Shown here one piece after another: positions 33,210 to 44,675 of a DNA stretch of 56,553 bases; the stretch's first letter is position 1, and every line of letters starts with the position of its first letter. Origin of the DNA: Trypethelium eluteriae. Lineage: Eukaryota. Made by a program: the position numbers and the translations under genes. Under the pieces are notes generated by a model. It was not told the origin of the DNA. It worked only from the letters and a program-made list of their open reading frames with translations, and did no database searches. The stretch is taken from NCBI GenBank assembly GCA_051942245.1, contig JAVECL010000090.1, positions 1 to 56,553 of the forward strand, given 5' to 3'.

Positions 33210-34650
33210 TCAGACTGCCCAACTCTTTCGATCTGAGCGCAAGTCACTCAACTCGCTTTGAACCTCCAACTGCGTTGTCTTGGTAATTTGTCGCTTCTCT
33301 GGACTTTCTAAGCGCTTCCAATTTCCACTGTACGGCGCCATGGGCTCTAATATGAGCTCCTCACTATCTCGACGGCTGAATTTTCCAATTCTACTAGACT
33401 TAGCATTGTTCAGGCTCTGGTTCCCATATGCACTAGCTTTACTGCCAAGAGCATTGTTGGACCGTGATCGCATGGTTCGCGCCCCTCGAATGAAGAGAGG
33501 TCGCAAGTGAGGCGCGCATGATACAATAATCTGCATACGTCGTCAATAAGAAGGCCGCTCAAATTCAGAAAGCAAAGAGAGGTAAATAGGAGAGTAATGT
33601 GTAGTAAGAGAGCAAAGCTGGACCTACCCCTACGTTAATCTCAAGGGCACTCATTAGGTTGAACATAGTCGAATCTCCATCCCCAAAAGCGACCTCTGAA
33701 ATATAGGTTGTTCGAACAATAGAGCAGACCGTAGTCAACAAGCCCAGGCTAAAGACGACGCACAGCTGCCACTTCAGCCTGTTGTCAATCGAAAGACCCA
33801 TAATAAGAGGAATTGGCAGGAGAAACAGAATGACGTCGATGAAAATGATGATGGACGCCGCGGCATAGTTGTAGGCAGCGTATGGTAAACAGTGCCCTGG
33901 AATTTCTGGGTGGAAGATCTTCTTGACCTGGACCTGAATATTAGCTACTGGGGCTTTCCAATAAATAGCGAGAGCCGCAAGGACTCTTTACCGGTATGCA
34001 ATTGATCGCATTCATGAGAAGAAGCGTGAGAGCTGCGAGCGTGGAAAACACTGCAACAGTAGCAACCAGTTTCTTATACCCTTTTTTAGTGGTCCGTTGC
34101 GCCAAGTCTATGAAACTAAGGCAAAGAGCGAGTTTGAATGCACCTCCAGCTAGGGAGTAAAATGGCCGAGAAGCGTAATTCCACTGACTAAAGATTAGTC
34201 GAGGCAACTGATAATCACGGCTTCACGTGTGAGGCAATGTACCCTTAGAAACAAGGTCTTATCCGCCAATGGTCGATTATGAAGCGGCAGACCAAGGCCA
34301 TATTTGGTTTCTTTACAAAGTCAGTCAGACTTTCAAGAGAGCGTGAGTACGGTCGACGATTGCAGTAAGTACTTACGCATAATACAGAGGATGTTGAAGG
34401 TAATGCTGAATATCTATTGCAGAGGATCCTAGTAAGTCTACGGCTTTTGCCATTGGATTTGAGCAGATCTTTGACTCACAGTGCCTATCGCTGCTACAAT
34501 ATCATCTGGCCGGATATTTTGTTTTCTGATATACAGCCGTATGGAGACAACGATGGTCATGATAAGTCCGAAGACCACATTGATGGAGATGACCAACGGG
34601 AATCGTGATGCATGTTCTTGTTCAGGCGTTGCGTTAGCAACCCAACCCAT
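33210..34650 (-). CDS. PTH11-like integral membrane protein (second copy, no CFEM)
   Basis: Exons 34650-34480, 34413-34377, 34310-34243, 34183-33992, 33927-33628, 33530-33210. Motifs IRLYIR..PDD, TKYGLGLP, NYASRPFY, FKLALCLSF, NCIPVKKIFHPEIPGHC, DVILFLLPIP, VFSLGLLTTVCSIVR, LEINVGIIVSCAPHLRPLF. Confidence 0.9.
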
Positions 34651-36232
34651 AGTGAGTCAAAAATTTGAATATTGAGGCCAAGGAAAATTAGGTACGAAGA
34701 GGTTACAGAGGAGCCTTTAGTGACTGCGGAAAGAATATGTATGGTACGGCCCGCTTCCGGAGTAGGTGAACAGCCATCAAATAAGTGAATGGCAGTCTTC
34801 TAGAGGTAGGCCTAGAAAAGCCATCCGCTGATAGCCAAGAGAGTTTGTGTTTTAGCTGTGCCTCATGCCATCAAATCCATCATCCGGCCTAGTTAGGGAT
34901 AGGAAGTCGGTTCGGGCACGAGAGCAGAATCCTAGGAGTGCCCCAACACTCTGCCGGGGTATATCGTCTGATACTTGACGGGGAGGCCATCTGAGAATGG
35001 ATTGATAGGAATCCTTCGCTGTAGCCAGACGTGCCAGACCGAACTGGCGGTCCCTGCAAACTGGTAAGCTAGTAAGACTTGGTATCACCACTCTACCTGA
35101 TGCATGCATCAAGCGAAACGATGCCGCAGCCTGAACAAGCGCAGGAAATTCCCCGTAATGGCATATTCCTGTATCAGCCAATGAGAAGATAAGAGCACCA
35201 ATGTTCAATACTTGTCTTTGATCCCCTTGCATCCTAGCCATCACAGTGCGTCTTTCAAGCCCAAGCTAAAGAAGACTTACACAAGGTGACTAGACGAAGA
35301 GGAGGAATCAAATCGTCAACATTCCGACCCTACACAAACCAAGTGCCATGTTCTCCATAAACTAAGCGCGATAAGGGTGCTATTACAAGCCTCAGTCAGA
35401 TATCCAGGAGGCAGGTCTAGACATCTTGCCGCTCTGGAAAGATATCAATTGGATTTTGATACCCTGCACTCCATAGTTCCTCCGGCATCTTTCACTGCTA
35501 TGCCAGTTGAAGATAGCGTAAAACGAGGTACCTTCGGTGCCCGGCGACAAGTCAGGAGCGGAGAATGTAGACACCCCGGCTCCAACCATCTCCGAAACTA
35601 GGTATCGTGCTCCGTACCTAACCTTTACAAAGGAACTCGTTAGGCTACATGACTTCGTCATGTAACATGAGCGGTTATTCGACAAGAAGTGGATGGCCTT
35701 ATTGTCATGGTCGTTGGCCTCGCCAGAAAAGTGTTGAGAAGGAGAATTGGGCCTTCCAGAAGAACTGCGTCCTGATGGAACCACCAACCATCAACTTGGA
35801 CCCTTCCTCGATCTTAGCATGGATCGGCAGCAGCTGTCAATGTCGTTCCAGGAACCATTTAACCACTTCTTGGAGCCATCGCGCTACATATTGCAACTCA
35901 TCGCGACCCCAGTCTACCACCCTGGCTCTACCTGCCCCTTGCTGAATCGCAGGCTCTTGGCGAGACCGTGATCCCTGCATCCGTCAACGCCACAGGATTT
36001 AGAGTGGTTGGTTTCCTGGAATTCTTTTCCCCGCGGCTAGAACGGTACCTCATTGCAATTCTAGCAATCGCTCTGAACTTAGTGCGACGGTGGGACATGG
36101 CCAGCACATGGTTCAAGCACGAGATACCAGGGATATCAACCTCTCCTTACGCGTTGCTGCGCCGCGACCTTGCAGAATACCATACACTATATTGGCATCT
36201 GGCATTACTCTCTGGGTTTCGAGCTGGCATTT

Positions 36233-36268
36233 CTATCTGCCGCCTCAGATAGCCGAATTTGGCTATCT
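36233..36268. promoter_or_regulatory. Cluster of three HGATAR sites upstream of the allantoate-type permease
   Basis: CTATCT 36233-36238, AGATAG 36247-36252 and CTATCT 36263-36268, 110-140 bp before ATG 36376; AreA/NIT2-type consensus. Confidence 0.45.
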
Positions 36269-36375
36269 GCTTTTAAAGAATTGCTCAGAACTGCGACTCC
36301 TAAACCTCCCCTCTCGTTCCAAACCGGCCATTCATTCTTTTGATATTCCAATCAGTGTATCTGCTTCAGTACACA

Positions 36376-38077
36376 ATGGATGAAAAACAAGACTTCTCGT
36401 TCGAAACCGACTTGGCATCACCGACAACTTCAAGCACAGCTGGAAGTACCAAGGATGAGGCGCTCGTCTTCCTTGAGCAGCACAAGCTTGCGGCAAATTC
36501 AGAACTTTGGCACGACGAGGCCTATCTAAAAGCTCTGCGCAAAAAGGTCGATCGACATGTCATACCCTTTTTCTTTTTCTGCTATATTCTCAACTTTCTT
36601 GACAAGATCTTGCTCAACGTAAGTCTTCTCACACTGACGAAATGGTAACCGGAAACATCAAATGACAAGACGAATTTTCCAGTACGCTCAAGTTATGGGT
36701 ATCACTCCCGCTCTGAAATTGCAGGGAAACGATTACTCCAATGCCTCTTCAGCATTCTATTACCCAGTGCTTGCTGTCTCTGCGCTCAGCGGTAAGCTAT
36801 GAGTTTTGCCCATGCCCAGATGCTTCTCATCTGACTGTGCTCTGCAGCATACCCTTTGCAAAGACTTCCGACTGGAAAATGGCTGGCTGGATGCCTCATG
36901 ACTTGGGGTGTGACTACGGCCTGTCATTCGGCAGTCCAGAATTACCACGGACTTCTGGCTGTGCGCATTCTTTCTGGTGTTTTTGAAGCTGGAATTCCGC
37001 CATCCCTCATGCTCTTGAGTAGCCAGTACTACACGCGGTCGGAGCAAGCGACCCGCTTTGGACTCTGGTACATGGGCATCGGCGGCGGTCAGATCCTTGG
37101 GGGCCTCGTTTCCTATTTATTTCAGTTCATTTCCCCCCATGCACCTCTCTCAGGCTGGCGAGTGATGTTTCTTGTGCTGGGACTGATTAGCGTGGCTCTC
37201 GGAGCAGCCATGTTCATCTTTGTCCCAGACAGCCCAATGGGCGCGCGTTTCTTATCCGAAGAAGAGAAGATTGCCCTTTTGGAACATGTAAAACGCAACC
37301 AGACGGGTATTGAGAATCCTCATTTCCACCCTAAGCAGATCCTTGAGGCCCTTCTCGGCGTCCAATACTGGGGAACCGCGCTCATTGTGATCCTGGTGAG
37401 TCCTTTTCAGATCCAGAGCTCAAAAAAGTCCTGACCATCTCCAGCAAACAATCTCCTCGGGAGTTACATCCACCTACTCCGCCTCCCTCATCAAAGGCTT
37501 TGGTTACACCTCCAAGCAAGCCGCTCTCCTAGGCATGCCCTCCGGCGCCATCACCATCTTCTCATGCCTCTTCTGTGGTTTGACCGGCTCCCGCTTCGGC
37601 CACCGCTGGCTCATCACCGTCATCGTCACCATTCCTTCCGTTCTTGGCGCCGCGCTCATGTCCTGGCTTCCGAAATCTCAGAAGGGCGGTCTCCTCGCAG
37701 GCATCTACCTCGTCAACTTTGTGGTCGGTAGCACGCCGCTTATGTACCAGTGGCTTGTGGGCAACACGGCTGGGCATACCAAGCGCGCCTTCACCACCGG
37801 AAGCCTTAACGCTGCATTTGCAATTGGAAGTATTATTGGTCCGCAGACGTTTCAGGCGAGAGATGCGCCCGGATACCAACCTGCGAAGATTACGCTGGTG
37901 GTGAGCTTCAGTATGAGTGCAGTCGTTGCGACATTGCTATTCCTATACTATTTTATGGTCAATAAGAGGAGGGCGGGAGAGGCATTACCGGAAAGGGATG
38001 CAGCGGAGGTGGACGAAAGCAAGGCATACGCCGGGCTAACGGACAAGCAAAACCGTTCTTTCAGATACACGTACTAG
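36376..38077 (+). CDS. MFS allantoate permease family (ACS, Dal5-like) transporter
   Basis: Exons 36376-36618, 36683-36791, 36848-37395, 37445-38077. LRKKVDRHVIP, LNFLDK, YAQVMG, LQRLPTGKW, RILSGVFEAG, YYTRSEQATR, PDSPMGARFL, NTAGHTKR, GPQTF, LTDKQNRSFRYTY. Confidence 0.93.
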
Positions 38078-38585
38078 AGTGCATTTTCGGTGGATGGGTT
38101 CGGCTTGGAAGCGAGTTTAGCGAAGGGTTCTGCATGGGAAATCGCGACCGTGTCTTCTGTCATTGATTCATAATTTGATGTTGATTGCCTTCAGTTGGAA
38201 TTTGTTGATCAGTAAAAGCCTCAGAGCAGGCACCACTAGGATCCAGACACTTTCGTGACTTAGTAAATTGCGTACGGTAGTAACTGAAGCGTGCGCTGGT
38301 GTCCCTTCATCAATGGCTATGAGTGAGAGTCTTCCGCGCTCCCGGAAAGGGCCTATGCACTCTGCGAGCACACGGTTCCACCTTACTCCTACCTATCCAA
38401 GTCTACGCAGGAACTCAGTAGTCTGACCGACAGACGGGCGAGTGAAAATTCAGCATCAGCTGCACACGGTAGGTACGCGTCTCTGCGGGGAATCGGTACC
38501 TGCAGATTGCCACAGCGATCATGAAGAAATTTAAGCAGCTAGAACGGCCTTTACTTGGACTCCAGTCGGGGCAACATTCTGCACC

Positions 38586-38591
38586 CACGTG
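38586..38591. promoter_or_regulatory. CACGTG (Pho4/NUC-1/PalcA-type) box upstream of the acid phosphatase
   Basis: CCCACGTG about 255 bp before ATG 38845; a single hexamer, supported only by context. Confidence 0.35.
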
Positions 38592-38844
38592 AAAAGATGT
38601 CGGACCACTAAGATAACAGTAGAGAACCACGGGTCTTGATTGCAGCCTTCCAATCAGGAAGGTGAAAGAATCTCCTTCTTGACTGGCGCAGCCTGTGGCG
38701 ATCTCCCGCTATGGCCATTACTCCGTAGTTCGGGCAGACACATTAAAAGCTTGAATATGCCAAGAGAAAAGTTAACTCAAAGCTGCTTCTGCATTCTTCC
38801 TAGGGTCAACCTGTGTGTCAGTGGTGTCTCGTTCTTTTCTCAAG

Positions 38845-40757
38845 ATGCTTGTCGTATGCGAACTGGCGTTGGGGTTGTCGCTTTTTGCCCTCTCAGCAGA
38901 CGCAGCTGTTGCTATCCCTTTTCAGGGCAAGCGCGATGTGGACACGCGATACCCCTACACGGGGCCAGCCGTGCCAATAGGCGATTGGGTAGACCAGACA
39001 GTTAAGGGAAATGGTAAAGGCTTTCCTCGTTTGGTTGAGCCTCCTGCTGTCAAGCCAGCCAATTCGACAGTCACCAACAACGTCAACGTTATTTCGTTGT
39101 CGTACATTCCGAATGGCGTAAACGTCCACTATCAGACTCCCTTCGGACTTGACGCGAATCCGACTGTGCATTGGGGCTTGTCCCCATCGAATTTGTGCAA
39201 CAGCAGCACTGGACAAACAGTCTCCTACGATCGAACGCCAGCTTGTTCTGCAGTCGTCGTCACACAATGCAGCCAATACTTTCACAATGTTCAACTCGAC
39301 AATCTCGCCGCGGACACGACCTATTACTACCAGATCCCAGCCTCCAATGGCACCACTGCCTCTCAAACTCTCAGCTTCAAGACAGCTCGCGCAGCTGGTG
39401 ACCAAAAAGCCTTTACTGTTGCTGTTTTGAACGATATGGGCTATACCAATGCCCACGGCACCTATCAGCAACTCAATCAAGCCGTCAGCGAAGGCGTTGC
39501 ATTCGCCTGGCATGGCGGTGACATCAGCTATGCTGATGACTGGTACTCTGGCATTCTCCCTTGCGAGTCTGACTGGCCCGTCTGCTATAATGGCACTTCC
39601 ACAAATCTGCCCGGTGGTCCACCGATCCCCGCTGAGTACGATGCCCCTCTCCCGGCAGGGGAGTTGCCCAACCAAGGCGGTCCTCAAGGTGGTGATATGA
39701 GCGTGCTGTACGAATCGAATTGGGATCTTTGGCAACAATGGATGAACAATCTCACTCTCAAGATTCCATATATGGTCCTGCCCGGCAACCATGAAGCTTC
39801 ATGTGGTGAATTTGACGGGCCGAACAATATTTTGACTGCTTACTTGAACGACGACAAGACCAACTCGTCGGCACCGAAGTCGGAGCTTACCTATTACAGC
39901 TGTCCTCCTTCTCAGAGGTGAGAATTTTTCCAAATGTTCTCTGGTTGGTGCAATGACATAACTAACAAGTGTTTGGCAGGAATTTTACCGCCTATCAGAA
40001 TCGTTTCCGCATGCCAGGCACCGAGACTGGTGGCGTTGGCAATTTTTGGTACTCCTTCGATTACGGCCTCGCTCACTTCGTGTCAATTGATGGCGAGACC
40101 GATTTTCCTTATTCTCCGGAGTGGCCTTTCGTCCGTGATGCCACGTCCAATGAGACCCTACCGACTGAGGCGCAGACATTTATTACCGATTCCGGCCCAT
40201 TTGGCGATATTGATGCAGAAAACTGGAAGAGCAACGAAGCATATCAGCAGTGGCAGTGGCTCAAGCAAGACCTTGCTTCTGTCGATCGAACAAAGACACC
40301 TTGGATTATTGCTATGAGTCATCGACCAATGTACTCTTCGCAAGTATCCTCGTATCAAACAGACGTCCGAGATGCCTTTGAGCCACTCCTCCTCCAATAT
40401 GGTGTAGACGCATATTTGGCTGGTCACATCCATTGGTACGAGCGTCTCTTTCCCCTAGGACGCAATGGCACCATTGCCAGTAGCAATATCGTCAACAACA
40501 ACACATATTATACAGGCGACGGGAAGTCCATCACCCACGTCATCAATGGCATGGCGGGCAACATTGAGAGTCACTCCACTTTGGGCGATGATCCGGTTCT
40601 CAACATCACTGCCGTATTGAATCAAAGGAATTATGGATTCAGCAAATTCACCTTCCACAATGCCACAACGGCGACTTGGCAATATGTCAAGGGTGACGGA
40701 ACTGGATATGGTGATCAGTTGACACTTTTGAAGAAGAACGCGACTCTGTCAAGATGA
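38845..40757 (+). CDS. Secreted purple acid phosphatase (AphA-like metallophosphoesterase)
   Basis: Exons 38845-39917 and 39980-40757. Signal peptide, KR cleavage site, then VDTRYPYTGPAVPIGDWVD. PAP metal-ligand motifs NDMG, GDISY, GNHE, MSHRP, GHIH; NGMAGNIESH. Confidence 0.95.
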
Positions 40758-41898
40758 ACGATAGGCTTAATGTAAATAGTACTGATCTATGATTTCTAGA
40801 CGATTTTCTACCATAATAATCAAAACCTAGTCCAAGCTGGGATCCATTTACAGAAAACTGGCGCTCAGGCTTACCCGCTGTGCCAGACTGGGCCTTGCGC
40901 TTTATTCGACCTATTGAGATTCGTATTTGCAACGTACGCCTTCATGACACCCTTCGCGACATGTTCTCCGCTCCGGTAAGCACCGGGCATGTTTCGAGGC
41001 CATAATAAGGTGCGGTGTGCTCTCTTGCGAGTCAGATTCCTCTCTCTAAGCCAGCTCATTCCTGCAAAGCTTTGACGTGCTGAGTCCCATCATCTGAGCC
41101 AACGTGATGATTACACAAGAGCCGTGGGCGAATTCATCATTCTACCAGCCGGAGGAGAAAAAACCTTTCCATCTTGCCGGATTAGTGGCTGGCGTGTATT
41201 TGGGGTCCAGAAACAGAGTCTCAAACAGGAAGCTTGACGGAAAAGATACAGTATCATAGAGTAGAGTAGGTGGCAGCAGAAGCCCAAAAGGCGGTCCGGA
41301 AATGGATAAATATCTTTTCTAAAGATCCAAACCGTAGAATCCAATCGCTGTAGTAAGCGGAGACTGTAACGACGGGACGAAAATGCCGTGATAATTATGC
41401 CTTAAACCAATGAAGAGGAGTTGAAGCACTAAGCTCATCGAGAATCTCTGTAGCCATGCGTTCGCAGAATCATGCTTTGCTTATAATCATTTCAATCTCC
41501 TGAGATCAGCCCCTCTGGATGTTAGCAAATCCTAAGGCAAAAATATTTATGTAGCGAATTATTTTTTAGATCTGATATGATATCGGATGGGGGTTCTCAA
41601 ACAAGCCAGAGAATGACCGCACCTTCATCCAGTAATGGAGAATTCAGATCCTCGACAAATTTTGTCAAGGAATGGATCGAAACTCTGGTACTGTAGATTT
41701 GCTGTCAACATGCAACGATGTTGAATAGGATACTCTCTACTCTGTGGACTGCGGGGCCCGAAGCTGCCCCTCCATACGTCAGAGCTGTCCTTTACAAGCT
41801 CCGAATTCCTCCGTTCCCAATCACTTTTGTTTTCTCGACTGATATAATTTCTCCTCGGCCGATCTCTCGTCCCAGTAGATTTCAAGTCTCAGTTCGCG

Positions 41899-43345
41899 AT
41901 GTCGCTCTCTAATAAGCTAGCAATCACCGATTGCGACCTGAAGGACAAGCGCGTCCTAATTCGAGTGGGGCTCTCTCCGGCCAATTCTTAAAAACAGTTT
42001 GGCCTCGAACACCAATTCCATTGACGCTAATGCCATGCGCTCAGGTCGACTTCAATGTTCCTCTTGACTCAGACAAAAAGGTCACCAACAACCAACGCAT
42101 CGTCGGCGCTGTTCCTACGATCAAGTATGCCATTGACCATGGCGCCAAAGCCGTAATCCTCATGTCCCATCTCGGCCGCCCCGATGGCAAGCGGAACGAG
42201 AAATATTCGCTCAAGCCTGTCGTTCCTGAACTCGAGAACCTATTAGGCAAGAACGTTATCTTCACCAATGATTGCGTTGGGCCCGAGGTGGAGGAGACGG
42301 TCAACAAGGCGTCAGGCGGACAAGTAATCCTACTCGAGAACTTACGTTTCCACCCGGAAGAAGAGGGCAGTAGTAAAGACGCTGAGGGCAACAAAGTAAA
42401 AGCCGATAAGGGCAAGGTGGATGAATTCCGAAGAGGCTTGACGGCCCTTGGCGACGTCTATATCAGTGAGGCCCTCCCTCCTCAACCCCTCACACCGACC
42501 TCGCGCTCGAGTCTAGGCAGTAGCTCCATTCCATCTCTCTGAACACAGCTAACATCGTTGCCCCTTCTCATCCAGACGACGCCTTTGGCACCGCCCACCG
42601 CGCCCACAGCTCCATGGTCGGCGTCGCGCTCCCGCAAAAAGCCTCAGGCTTCCTCATGAAAAAAGAGCTGGACTACTTCGCGGCCGCGCTAGAAAACCCC
42701 GCGCGGCCCTTCCTCGCGATCCTCGGCGGCGCCAAAGTCTCGGACAAGATCCAGCTGATCGAGAACCTGCTGGGCAAAGTCAACGCGCTGGTCATTGGCG
42801 GCGGCATGGCCTTCACCTTCAAGAAGACGCTCGAGGGCATGGCGATCGGGAACTCGCTGTTTGATGAGGCTGGCAGCAAGACGGTCGCGGGGCTGGTGGA
42901 GAAGGCGAAGCGGAATGGGGTGGAGATTGTGCTGCCGACGGATTTTGTGACGGCGGATCGGTTCGATAAGGATGCGAACGCCGGGTATGCGACGGATAAG
43001 GAGGGCATTCCGGATGGGTGGTTGGGACTGGACTGCGGGGAGCAGTCGATTGAGGCGGCGATGAAGGCGATTGCCGGGGCGAAGACTATCTTGTGGAATG
43101 GGCCGCCGGGGGTGTTTGAGCTTGATAAGTTTGCGAATGGGACGAAGAAGATGATGGATGCGGTGGTGGATGCGTGTCAGAATCAAGGCAAGATTGTGAT
43201 CATTGGCGGGGGTGATACGGCCACGGTGGCAGCGAAGTACGGAACTGAGGATAAGTTAAGCCACGTTAGTACGGGTGGTGGTGCAAGCTTAGAGTTGCTG
43301 GAGGGTAAGGATCTGCCTGGGGTTGTAGCACTGTCGAGTAAGTAG
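41899..43345 (+). CDS. PGK1: Phosphoglycerate kinase
   Basis: Exons 41899-41964, 42045-42465, 42576-43345. [87 protein letters not shown]. Confidence 0.99.
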
Positions 43346-43585
43346 ATATCCTGGAGGGTAGAAAGGCGGAGAGATGTGCGGGTGTAGTTCTGATGTTTAT
43401 TTGATAGCCTTCAACTCGAGACTTTAGATTTTTTCCTATTCTGAAATGGTATTATGAAGCGATTCGACGCCGTGAATGCCTGGACCCTTTCTATCCACTC
43501 ATGAAATTGCTACATAAGTCTCTGCTTGCTGAATGTCGTATGCCATGTCTTTTTGGTGTTGCTGTTCAGCCAAACTCTTCCAAGG

Positions 43586-44016
43586 CTATCTCTTACTCGA
43601 ATCGACCTTTCTGAGCTCCTCCCTGTTCGCCTTGTTAGTGTATAGATATACTCCACTCCATCTCTACCACTCACTTCAACAGCTTAGCAAAATCATCGCT
43701 CGTATCATCGTCGTCCCAGCTTTCTTCCCAGAGATGCTGATTTGCGCCTGGATCCTCCGTATCTTCTTCCGCCCAATCTATGATAACACTCATGGTTAGC
43801 GACTAATCTCCTGCAAGGTAGAGTTGTCCACGAAAGCGCGGGCGCCTTCCTCCTGGACTTCTTTCCTTTCTTACCTTCGACTGGAAAATCTTCGAACTCG
43901 TCATCTTCGCCCAAAGTAACAGCAGGCTTCTGTTGGTCTTTCATGGTCTCGCCGTTCTTCGCGTCATTCACAACCGCCTTGGTCGTATTGGGCTCGCCCT
44001 GTGCTGCTCCGGACAT
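43586..44016 (-). CDS. SEM1: 26S proteasome lid subunit Sem1/Dss1
   Basis: Exons 44016-43875, 43777-43675, 43622-43586. LGEDDEFEDFPVEDW...HLWEESWDDDDTSDDFAKLLKEELRKV. Confidence 0.96.
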
Positions 44017-44675
44017 GTTTGCTTCCTGATCCGATGGGGCGATGTCGCACTAGGTAGACGGTTCGAAATGTACCAGATTGGCGAAGTAGATAACGAGACT
44101 GTTGTGGAGCGACAAGGAATCTCGAGCAGGTACGGGCGTAGCTTGCTGAGGTCCAGCAAAGGAAGTTTGTTGTCGTTGCTCCGTCGCTCCGTCGCTCCGC
44201 GTCTCATCGGAGATGGACGGGAAAGTCTTAGCGGGTAGACCCTGAGGTCATCAGCCTTTCGAGTAACTTTTAGGACAGCCCTGCATGACAAAAGGGAGGC
44301 ATTTCACCTTTTGAATGCTAAGACGATGCATTTGGTCTGCTTTTTCTTTATATGAATCTTTTTTAGTGTGTGAAGTTACATAGATCTTCTCTATTTTTCG
44401 TCCTGATGACAAGTATTCGACAGTCTTGGAACGTCAGCCGGAGATAAGGGGATTGCTCAGCTCTGCGCCTGTATCCCTACTGTAATAAAAAGTAAGTTTG
44501 GATTGGTGATGCAGCGGACCATCTGGAGCTATAGATTGACCTTCAGGTAGCACTTCAGCATTCCTGTCCAATCTCTGGCTTTCACTTTCTGGAATTCAAG
44601 GTATCAGACAACAGTAGCGGGAACAAGCTCGAGGTACCATTTCCCAGGAGCCATCCTATTGTACCATCAATCATT

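Noticed and set aside
38893..39792. 299-aa antisense ORF (similar shadow ORFs at 19819-20637, 26413-27078, 50705-51502)
   Set aside because: Shadow or alternate frames of well-supported genes, explained by codon bias
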